A DNA stretch of 63,925 nucleotides, the filler included, from Chiloscyllium plagiosum (lineage: Eukaryota), in NCBI RefSeq assembly GCF_004010195.1. It is 5 parts of one record of this genome, joined end to end, with 100 filler letters (N's around TTAATTAATTAA, not from the genome) between each part and the next. Parts side by side here need not be neighbours in the genome. Positions count along the whole stretch, not along the records: positions 1 to 20,445 come from NC_057717.1; positions 20,546 to 41,981 come from NC_057717.1; 3 more parts are not named here. One strand, given 5' to 3'. Positions 12,161 through 21,699 of this stretch are shown here, piece by piece. Numbering within the stretch: the stretch's first letter is position 1; each line of letters opens with the position of its first letter. The notes beneath the pieces were generated by a model. It was not told where the DNA came from and searched no databases. It saw only the letters and a program-made list of their open reading frames with translations. Both the position numbers and the translations under genes were made by a program.

Positions 12161-12619
12161 TGTTTTAAATAATAGTCTCAGCAATATAGCTGAGATAGCT
12201 GAAACGCATAAACTAGGCACGAAAAAGATACATTGTTAAAACGTATGTTCAAGAATCGACTGTACCTATGGACAATGGAAGATGTTACAAGCAAAGTAAA
12301 AAGAACATCAAGATACAAGTTTAGCCTTATGTCAGTACTTACAGAGGGAAAGGTAGCCAACTTGGAGAGAAGGGGGCAATAAGGGCGGAGCATAGATGGG
12401 TAATGACAGAATACGAAGAGAGATTGAGAGATTGGGGAATGTAGGAGTCGGGAGAGGTGACCTCACGCAGCTCAAAGGTATAACTGTGTAAGAATTTGAA
12501 TTCGTATTGCTCATTTGCTTCGGCAATTGATGCCCTTACTTGCAAGTGCGTAATAAATTGACTTGTTTCCAGTTTTGGTGGTCTCGTCTAAACTTTATTA
12601 AGTTTGTTTCTAACAGATT

Positions 12620-12638
12620 TGGGTGCTCGTCCTGGGAT
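12620..12638 (+). promoter_or_regulatory. Primer binding site, tRNA-Pro type
   Basis: TGGGTGCTCGTCCTGGGAT versus the MLV PBS-Pro TGGGGGCTCGTCCGGGAT, located 4 nt after the LTR end. Confidence 0.88.
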
Positions 12639-12774
12639 CCCAAACTCCGGTTGCTCGGCATTTTTGGGAAAAACGGAGAAGGTGCACCGCGCCGATTTCG
12701 GCCGTCTCTAGTTTCCCCCTTTGCTGCGGCGGCTTGGGCGAGCGATATCCGGGCTGGGAGACCCTGGAAACAAG

Positions 12775-13355
12775 ACGAGACAAAGTGCGCTGAGACGCGG
12801 CGGGTTCAGTTGGGTAACTCTTGTGCACAAGACCCGGGTAAGAAAAGGTCTTAAAGGATATATCCGGGCGACCGGGGTAGGCAGCGGGTTTTTCTTCTTG
12901 TTGTCAGTCTTTGCCACGGGACGAGGTGCGCTGAGATGCGGCGGGTTTGGTCATGCAACTCTTATGGACTTAAGACCCGTGTAAAGGTAAATTTCGGGCG
13001 ACCTGGATTGGCAGCAGTGTTTACTGTTTCGCTGCAGTACAAGGTGCGCGGAGACGTGGTGGTTTCAGTAGTGTAACTCTTGTGTACATAAGACCTGAGG
13101 AGAAAGTGAGGTCTGCAGATGCTGGAGATCAGAGCTGAAAATGTGTTGCTGGAACAGCGCAGCAGGTCAGGCAGCAACCTGTTCCATGGATGCTGCCTGA
13201 CCTGCTGCGTTGTTCCAGCAACACATTTTCAGTACATAAGACCTGGGCAAAGGTAATTTTCGGGCGAACTGGATTGTCAAAGGTTTTCACTGTAAGGTAT
13301 TGCCGCGGGACGGGGCGCGCTGATACAACCAGGTAACTATTGTGCACAGACTAAG
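12775..13355 (+). repeat. Four degenerate 120-140 bp repeats in the ERV leader
   Basis: GTGCGCTGAGA..GTAACTCTTGTG..AAGACC..AAAGG..CGGGCGA recurs at 12785, 12926, 13044 and 13315. Confidence 0.8.
13098..13231. mobile_element. Palindromic Penelope-derived insertion with 14-bp TSD
   Basis: Flanked by GTACATAAGACCTG at 13084-13097 and 13232-13245, with an internal inverted repeat. Confidence 0.88.
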
Positions 13356-13464
13356 GTATGAAAATGGACTTTTAAGTGTTGCCTTGGTGGTCGGATACAT
13401 ACGAGAAGTACGGAGAATTGGCAACTTTTAAAATAAGGTCTTTAATTGGTCTAACGAGTAAGGT

Positions 13465-13548
13465 TGAAACTTTATTGCTGGAACAGCACAGCAGGTCAGG
13501 CAGCATCCAGGGAACAGGAGATTCGACGTTTCGGGCACAGGCCCTTCT
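13465..13548 (-). mobile_element. Penelope-derived insertion with 15-bp TSD
   Basis: Flanked by TCTAACGAGTAAGGT at 13450-13464 and 13549-13563. Confidence 0.88.
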
Positions 13549-13737
13549 TCTAACGAGTAAGGTGTCTACCTGATTCGTTCACCCAGTCTTAGACCAGTTG
13601 TTAAGAGGGCAAATCCCCCACGCGAAGGTCAGGACCCAGAAGTGGGTGTGGAAGAAAGTGAACCCGGACCTCAGCAAATTTAATTAAATTACATAAAGAA
13701 ACGGCCGAGTATTTGTTGTTTAAGTGTCGAAGGAGAC

Positions 13738-14926
13738 ATGAGAGGGACGTCCGAGGATCACATCCCAACAGACAGTCCTTTAGGAAAAATGTTAAGAGCT
13801 TGGAAGTACAATCCTCGGACTCGAGGAAATGATAAAAAAAAAACAAATGATAAAATGTCAATTGAAAACAGCCTTACAGTCAGGAGGAACTTGGTGTCAA
13901 AAGGATTAGTAGCTGAAGGGCTACTGAGGGTACACTTCGTAACTAACTTATAGCCAGAATCCCCAAAAGAATTCAAACCCGAGAGGAGTCGTTGCGGGAA
14001 GCTCAAAGTGTCTGTGAGATACTGTGAGTGTGTGAGTGTGTGAGTGTGTGAGTGTGTGAGTGTGTGTGTGTGTGTGAGTGTGTGTGTGTGAGTAAAGAGC
14101 TGTAAAGCGAGTAGAGAGTTTAACCCTTTGTGATACAGTTTGAATGCACATTTGTTTGTTGGTGATTGAAAGTTTGTGATTCGGACATTATGCATGCATT
14201 AGAAGGTTTTTTTAACGACCTATATCATTGTAGTTGAGCGGTGGCTGGTTGGGACTACTTGGGAGAACGAGTTTTGGATTTGAATCGGGGGACTAAAACT
14301 GGGCAGTTGTGGTGGATTTCAAGGTTGGGAGCTTTATGCATTTTACATTTTAAATATTAAACACTGAATAAATGAATTTATAATACATAAATATACGTTT
14401 ACAGTTAGGATTCCTAAATGTCTATTTGGGAACGGGCTTTAAAGTTGGACAGGCATAAATCGATAGATTATATTTGAGATTACAGGGAGCAAGAATTATT
14501 GCAATATGTCTTTTTAAAAAAATCAAGGTCTAAACAAAACATTGGATGATGAGGAATGGTCATGAGGTGGCCCTAAATCTGTTCAGTTGGTTAAATAGGC
14601 TCAGCAATTAGCCTGGCAATGTAACATGCGAAACAGAAACAGAAGGCAAAAATAATGATAACCATGGTTGATGAGGAAATAACGATAAGGACAAAACTAA
14701 AAGGAGAAGGAAACCGGAATGGTGGTGGGCAGCATGTTGAAAATAAAGGGAGGAGAAGGGATCGGGGAGATGTTAAGGGGTCTGGTAGACAGGAACAACC
14801 ATCAAAGCGGAAATCCCCACTTGCGGGATGTTATTACTGTGGAAAGAGAGGTCACTTTAAGAGAGAGGGTACGGTCCGAAAAAGGAAGTAAAGGCAGTGT
14901 CGTTTATGAACCTTGATGAAAAATAG
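13738..14926 (+). pseudogene. gag: gag remnant (matrix start, internal region replaced, CCHC knuckle)
   Basis: 'IPTDSPLGKMLRAWKYNPRTRG' is a class I matrix motif. 'CYYCGKRGHFKRE' is a zinc knuckle. The region ends at TAG 14924-14926. Confidence 0.8.
14020..14092 (+). repeat. (TG)n/(TGTGAG)n microsatellite
   Basis: Direct reading. Confidence 0.95.
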
Positions 14927-14960
14927 GGGTGTCAGGAGTTCCTGCCCCCGGGAACCCACC
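14924..14960 (+). promoter_or_regulatory. gag-pol amber read-through signal
   Basis: TAG GGG TGT CAG GAG is in frame with protease and is followed by hairpin GGAGTTCCT/GGGAACCC, like the MLV UAG-8nt-stem context. Confidence 0.65.
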
Positions 14961-15078
14961 ACGAACCATTGATAAATTTAAAAGTTGGACCTTACAAAGA
15001 GGACGTAGTTTTTCTCGTCGATACGGGGGCAGCAAGGTCATCCTTAAATTTTAAGCTCAAGGGAGTGGGAACGAAAAC
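14927..15078 (+). pseudogene. pro: Retroviral aspartic protease N-terminal half
   Basis: EPLINLKVGP..VVFLVDTGAARSSL (DTG motif). Confidence 0.88.
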
Positions 15079-15504
15079 GTTAATTGGATTATGGCAACAG
15101 TTTTGTGATGAGAGTCACGAAGAATCAGTTTTGCGCTCATGACGAGATATTGCCACCAAATTGGGGATTGAATCATCTGCAAAAGGTGCGATGGAATCTG
15201 TTGAGGTTCTTAAAAATGAATGTGCTCGAGCAAAACAATTACAGAATGAGAAATCACAAGTGACTGTTAAACAAGCAGAACTGCGCGATTACAGTTTTTA
15301 AAATGTTTTAGTCACTTGTTGCGTTTCCACCCTGAATTATATAATATATATAATTAATAATGAATATTTACAATAAATCAATTGTGTTAGCCTGAATCAA
15401 TATTAATTGGCAGGATTCCTTCTCAGTGACCTGTCATATTGATTCATGATTAATTAAAAACATGACTGCATTAATTCATTGTTAATTAAAGAATGGAAAA
15501 AAAA

Positions 15505-17496
15505 CATTACTGGCCAGAGTGCGTGCAGGCAGTGGCAGCAACAGCCTTATTGGTAGAGGAGAGATGGAAACTTACTTTTGGGGGAGCCTTAATAGTCAGC
15601 ACCCCACATCAGGTACGGACCATACGAAATCAGAAAGCAGGACAATGGCTCACGGACTCTTGGACCTTGAAATATGAGGCAATCTTAATAGAACAGGATG
15701 ACCTTGTGTTAATCACAGAGAGTTGCTTGAATCCAGCTGCATTTCTGTGGTGGGGAGAGGGGGGTGGCCCTTGGCAATCCAGAACATGACTGCCTTGATA
15801 TTACTGAATATCAGACTAAAGTGTGAATGTACTTAAGAGTCGTAACGTTGCATGCGGGAGCTCCGTTGTTTATCAACGGGTCCTCCTGGATGATTGAGGT
15901 GAAAGGCACAATGGATATGCTGTCGTAGACGGGATAGAGGGAAACGTTATCGAGGCTGAAAGACTTGGTCAGTCCAAATTTGTGAACTCTATGCCATATG
16001 AAGTGCTCTCAGAACCTTAGAAAACGAAAAGGAACAGTATGTACAGACTCCAAATATCCGTTTGAAGCGGTACATACCTTCGGAAAAAATTGGCAAGAAA
16101 GAAGACTGATAAGTAGCAGAGGAAAAGACCTAGCTCACGAGGAATTGATAAAACAAGTCCTGGAATCCCTGTTACTCCCGAGAGAAATAGTGATAGTTCA
16201 TATAAACGAACATCAGAAGGGGAATGACCCGGAAGTAAGAGGAAATAGACTGGCTGATGGGGTAGTTAAAGAAACGATCCTGAATTCACAAAGAGCTGTG
16301 ATATACGCCCTAATACCTACAATCTCAGACCTTCAGGGTGCCCCGTCATTTACTGCAAAGGAGGAAAAGGGACTAAAAGATTTAGGAGCTGCAAAGACAG
16401 CAGATGGGCGCTGGATGCAACCCGGTGGGAGGGAAATGTTGAATAAAATGATGATGCATGAGATTATAGATGTCCTACATCAGGGGAGTCATTGGGGAGT
16501 GCAAGCAGTGTGTGATGTAGTCGTAAGGAAATATGGATGCAAGGGATCATATACGTTGGCAAAACAGATATGCACAGGGTGTATAACTTGCCAAAAGATT
16601 AATAAGAAAGTAATGAGGGGGGGGGCAAGAGGTGGAAGAAACCCTGGGGTGAGACCCTTTCAATGTATACAGGTTGATTACACCGAACTACTCCCAGAAG
16701 TAAAACAAAAGTACTTAATAGTCCTAACGGATCACCTAACTGGGTGGGTGGAGGCATTTCCAATGTCCTCAGCTATCTCGAAGGGAGTAGTGAAAACTCT
16801 TTTAGAACATATCATTCCTCGATATAGAGTGGTGCAAAGTATAGATTCAGACCAAGGTAGCCATTTTACCTCTAAGATCCTACAAGAAGTAATGGTGGGA
16901 TTAGAAATCTCTTGGGAATTCTACACTCCTTGGCACCTGCCTTCCTCTGGACGGGTGGAGCGAATGAACCAGACCATAAAGAAGAAATTATCAAAACTAG
17001 CCCTTGAGACTCGATTACCATGGACTAAATGTCTACCTATTGTGCTATTACGCATTTGGACTGCCCCAAGGCACGACATCGGCCTTTCTCCTTATGAAAT
17101 GATGTTTGGGCTATCATTCCTAGGAGGGAAAGGAGAGCTGCCTACAGCTGAGTTTAATGACAAGTTTTTGAAAAATTATATTGTGGCACTTGGCTCTTCA
17201 TTATCTATTCTCAGAATAAAGGCCTGTTGGTACAGACACCGCCACTCGAATTTGCAGCACATCGTATACAGCTGGGTGATTGGGTCCTGATCAAGACCTG
17301 GAAAGATACCAAAATGCACCCGAGCTTGGAGGGACCATTCCGAACCCTCCTGACTACTGAGACAGCTATACGGACTGCTGAGAACGGGTGGAATCATGAC
17401 ACTCGCGTTAAAGGTCCTGTGAACACCCCATTGGCGGAGTGGCATGCTCATCCTACAGATAACCCTCTGAAAGTTAAGCTGAGAAAGAAGGAATGA
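15505..17496 (+). pseudogene. pol: pol remnant: RT connection, RNaseH, integrase (RT core deleted)
   Basis: WPECVQAVAATALL (connection domain). TDSKY and GNRLAD (RNaseH). HQGSH..CITC, QVDY, IDSDQGSHF and SSGRVERMN (HHCC plus DDE). The C-terminal 'GDWVLIKTW..GPF' follows a frameshift near 17220. Confidence 0.92.
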
Positions 17497-17499
17497 ACT

Positions 17500-18676
17500 G
17501 AGATAAAAGACTCTTTTAAACGTTTGATGGTATATATTGTTATTTTTTGTAAGGGTTGCGTGGACTCACCTCTCCCTGGCGCCTAAAAGATTAAGACAGG
17601 GCGGTAAGCAGGGATTAGAGATGGGTGGGTAGTGGTATAGCATCGTGACGCTCAAGGAAGCCGGAAAAATCACTTCACTACTCTGTGCCAAAATTATGCT
17701 AAACAAGAGGGACTTGCCGACTGTTGAGTCTGTGCAGACATTCCACACCATGGTGAATGTGAGATTCCCACCTCGGTAATACCGCTCACTAAAAAAAGAA
17801 GTGTACGTTGTACAACAATTTGACTCGGGCTCAAATAATACAAAGTGGGAATCTGAAAGAAGTAAATATAACTTTGCGGGATGGTTCCCAAGGCCAGCCC
17901 CGCAAACCTAGGGTGTTATCGATACATGAGCCCAACCTGAGAAAGGAGGGGGGGATAAGACGTAAGGCCCGAGAGGTCTTTGGAGGAGACCGTTTGCTGT
18001 GGACACTACACCCAAACTACAACACGACAAGAGCAGGGTGGAAATACAGAAACTGGTGGCTGCCCTTGAAAATTTAATTAATGATACCAAGGGAGCAATG
18101 GGAGAAACTCAATCCCAACTATCGGCCATAACCACCGAAATGATTGCCACAAGACTAACAGCTTTACAGAATCGAATGGCTTTAGAATATCTTTTGGCCG
18201 AAAAAGGGGGAACCTGTGCTCTGATTGGTAAGGAATGCTGCACCTTCATCCCAGAAACCTCTTCCATAGTGGAACATAAGGCAGAAATAGTAAAGAAAAA
18301 GATAAAGAATATAAAAGAAATTGGGAATGAACTTTGAAAAGATGAAGGATGGGGATGGAGTGACTGGGGACTGACCGGTTGGGGAAAATGGTTAGTTAAT
18401 TTAGGCATTTATGTATTACTGATAATTGTAGGTCTACTGATAGGATTTAATGTGTTAAAGTGGATAAGGACTAAGCTGGTAATGTCTTTGGGAGGACAAA
18501 AATCATTAATGGTTATGACGATAGTACAAGCGCAAGAAAGAGAGAGTCGCAGACTACTCCTAGAGTTTGAAAAAAAGGCAGACTTAGGAGGGCAAAAATG
18601 GCAAGATTGTGAACCTCGACACTACAGGGTGAAAAGAGGGCAGAAAATGAAATTGCAAAAGCAACAAATGTTATAA
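17500..18676 (+). pseudogene. env: env remnant (SU largely deleted, TM retained)
   Basis: ISD LQNRMALEYLLAEKGG and CX6CC CALIGKECC. A Trp-rich region and the anchor LGIYVLLIIVGLLIG are in frame after TGA 18335-18337. Confidence 0.88.
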
Positions 18677-18693
18677 AAAAGAAAATGGGGGAG
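18675..18693 (+). promoter_or_regulatory. Polypurine tract
   Basis: AAAAAAGAAAATGGGGGAG immediately before the TG of the 3' LTR. Confidence 0.85.
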
Positions 18694-18694
18694 T

Positions 18695-19334
18695 TGTAAA
18701 AATGGGGAAGTGTGTTGTTTTTGCAGATATAGAAAAACAAGAGTGTGTATGTGCAGAAAAGAGGTACAAGAAAAATATCAGCTAAGCAAGCATAAGGGAA
18801 ATGTTTCTTAATCCTTAATGTATAATTGTGGATAATTGAATACTAACTTTACTGCAGAATTATTAAAGTAAATAATTCCTTCATAACGTTTGAAATGATA
18901 GTCTCAGCAAAATAGTTGAAATAGCTGAAACGCATAGACTAAGCACGAAAAGATACATTGTTAAAAGTATGTTCAGAAATGGAATGTACCAATGGACAAT
19001 GGAAGATGTTACAAGTAAAGTGAAGAAGGAACATCAAGATACAAGTTTAGCCTTTAGTCAGCACTTACAGAGGGAAAGGTTGCCAACTTCGAGAAAAGGG
19101 GGCAATAAGGGTGGAGCATAGCTGGGCAGTGGCAGAATACGAAGAAAGATTGGGTAATGTAGGAATCGGGAGAGATGATCTCACGCAACTCAAAGGTAGA
19201 GCTGTGTAGTACTTTGAATTCTCTTTGCTCATTTGCTTCTACATTTGAGCCCTTTCTTGCGAGATCGTAGAATAAATTGTCTTGTTTCCAGTTTTGGTGG
19301 TCTCGTCTAAATTTTAATGATTTTGTTTCTAACG
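18695..19334 (+). repeat. 3' LTR
   Basis: TGTAAA...TAACG. Colinear with the 5' LTR. AATAAA at 19271. Confidence 0.92.
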
Positions 19335-19437
19335 TAAGGATGGACAAATCAGCGCTACCGTCAGTCTGTTAGCACAGCGACAGGCTGTTCGATCGCTGAA
19401 ATACTAAACTGAAATGAGAAAATCCCTGATGGATTGA

Positions 19438-19952
19438 TTAATGAGGGAATTTGATTGATGGATGGATTTGGGTGAGGCGTTATTTCATCACATTCTTCAG
19501 CTGCTACCTGAACTTACTCTGGGTCACGGCATAAATCGCGGTGTTTGTGCAGCAACTGAGGAGCTGCAGCATGAAGCCCAATTCCACCACAAAGGGATGG
19601 AGATACACAGACTTATATCCAATATAAAACATCCGGGTCTATATACAAAACAGCATTAATGTTGACCATAACAGGATGAAACTGGCGGAGATCACAAACA
19701 GTAAAATGATGGATTTTTTTAGGTTTCTTATTTCTGTGTCAGACTGAGCGTCCCCATTGGTGTGAGCGCGGAGTCTCCTGCGGGCACTACTGGTCACTAA
19801 AATGTGTCTGACGGTGAGAACATTGAGCAGCAGAATCAGGAGAAATGGGACACACGGGGTTAGAATGCGGTGGAGGGACTCGATTGTGACCCAGATACTG
19901 GAGTATGCAACAGCGATTGTTACATCACAAAACCAGGGGGCGTTCACCAGCC
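19438..19952 (-). pseudogene. GPR139-like rhodopsin-family GPCR pseudogene (TM5-TM7)
   Basis: LTPCVPFLLILLLNVLTVRHIL..KKSIILLFVISASFILLW..LQLLSCCTNTAIYAVTQSKFR. In-frame stops at 19639, 19504 and 19480. The 5' part is cut by a Penelope insertion. Confidence 0.85.
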
Positions 19953-20445
19953 GATTCTGGATCAATGGTGCTGGAAGAGCACAGCAGTTCAGGCAGCATC
20001 CGAGGAGCTTCAGCAAAATCGACGTTTCGGGCAAAAGCCCTTCATCAGTAATAAAGGCAGAGAGCCTGAAGCGTGGAGAGATAAGCTAGAGGAGGGTGGG
20101 GTTGGGGAGAGAGTAGCATAGAGTACAATAGGTCAGTGGCGGAGGAGATGAAGGTGATAGGTCAGGGAGGAGAGGGTGGAGTGGATAGGTGGAAAAGGAG
20201 CTAGAACGCCTCATCTTCCGCCTGGGAACACTTCAACCCCAGGGCATCAATGTGGACTTCAACAGCTTCCTCATTTCCCCTTCCCCCACCTCATCCTAGT
20301 TTCTAACCTCCAGCAACTCGACTTGTCCGGACTTGTCCGACCTGCCCAGCTCCTTTTCCACCTATCCACTCCACCCTCCTCTCTGACCTATCACCTTCAT
20401 CTCCTCCCCCACTGACCTATTGTACTCTATGCTACTCTCTCCCCA
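19953..20445. mobile_element. Penelope-like element with inverted pLTR arrangement
   Basis: 20105-20202 is the reverse complement of 20348-20445. Hammerhead-like motif on the - strand at about 20020-20048. Confidence 0.8.
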
Positions 20446-20545
20446 NNNNNNNNNNNNNNNNNNNNNNNNNNNNNNNNNNNNNNNNNNNNTTAATTAATTA
20501 ANNNNNNNNNNNNNNNNNNNNNNNNNNNNNNNNNNNNNNNNNNNN
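20446..20545. other. Artificial contig spacer N44-TTAATTAATTAA-N44
   Basis: Identical 100-nt spacers at 20446, 41982, 52032 and 61103. The core has stops in all six frames. Confidence 0.95.
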
Positions 20546-20614
20546 ACTGACGGGCTGTGTTTTTCCAGTACCACATTCTTCGACACTGGTTGCAAGCATT
20601 TGCGATCCTCACTT

Positions 20615-20900
20615 TCTCCTTTTCCACAATCCTGACATTTGCAAAGTTTCTCACTGTGCTGATTCGCTTTGCGACTTGTCAGGCCTGATGATCTCCTGAA
20701 GTCTCGCCCACACACACGTGCTCTGTTTAACCTGACTTTGAACGAAGTTTGTACCTTTCTGTTCAGAATTCCATATTATTCAGGTTAGGGTAAATGATGT
20801 GGCTCCGTCAGACTCTGCAGTGATCTTTCATCCAAATTTGCTGATTGCAAATCAATCCTTCTAATACCGTGTAAAATTGATTTGAAGCATATAATTGTGA
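20615..20900 (-). pseudogene. C2H2 zinc-finger gene remnant
   Basis: 'CGRDFRRSSGLTS...HSEKLCKCQDCGKG' is a degenerate finger plus linker plus the start of the next finger, truncated by a Penelope element. Confidence 0.5.
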
Positions 20901-21699
20901 GATAACCCATTCAAACATGCTCTGTCAAGTGCCTAAACAACTCTTTATGTGGCTCAGTGTCAAGTGTTGCCTTTTCACATTCCTGTGAATCATCTTGTAC
21001 ATTTTGATAGATGGAAGACGGGATAGAATTACAATCTGATGTTGTTAATTTCGATATCCATTGCAATTCCTTCATCATTTCCAGGTGTTTAACCTGTAAC
21101 TCCTCACCTGCCAATGATTTGAGAGTACGTGCACTACTGGACTGCAGCAGTTCAAGAAGATCATTCATCGACTTCTACATAGGCAATTGGAGATTGACAA
21201 TATCTGCCAGTCTTGCTCAAGAAAGCGTTGGAAAGTGGGTGAACTCATCTGCTCAGGGAACGAGCATGGGCACGATGCGCCAAATTACATTCTGTTGTAA
21301 TCATTCGGTAATTGTGACTAAAATTAAAGAAACAAATGCTCACACTTTAGTCCATGGATCTGTTTCTGTATCCACCACTCAGTGAGAAAGCAGCTAATCG
21401 TTGGGGCATCTGTACTTTCAGACTCAGTGTTGCGAGAAACACCTGCAAGAAAATAATAGCAAAATACTGCAGCAACTGAAATATTTTTAAAAAAAAGTTT
21501 ACAGAGAGAATAGTAAGGTAAAAACAATGACTGCAGATGCTGGAAACCAGATTCTGGAGTAGTGTGGTGCTGGAAAAGGACAGCAGTTCAGGCAGCATCC
21601 AGTAGCAGGAAAATGCGACGTTTTGGGCAAAAGCCCTTCATCAGGAATACAGGCAGAGCGCCTGAAGGATGGAGAGATAACAGAGAGAAGGGTGCAAAT

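Larger units (their letters stand above)
11281..12615 (+). repeat. 5' LTR (interrupted by a CR1 insertion)
   Basis: TGTAAG...TAACA. Colinear with 18695-19334 once 11471-12160 is removed. AATAAA near 12552. Confidence 0.92.
11281..19334 (+). mobile_element. Two-LTR endogenous retrovirus 2 (class I, gamma/epsilon-like), defective
   Basis: Paired LTRs, PBS-Pro, gag/pro/pol/env remnants in the correct order, and a PPT. Confidence 0.95.

Noticed and set aside
12540..12984. ORFs upstream of gag as possible accessory genes
   Set aside because: They are short, lie in GC-rich repeats, use non-ATG starts, span the LTR/PBS, and show no recognisable similarity.
12775..13355. CRISPR-like reading of the leader repeats
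   Set aside because: The whole units are homologous and degenerate, with no unique spacers and no cas genes, in a vertebrate ERV context.
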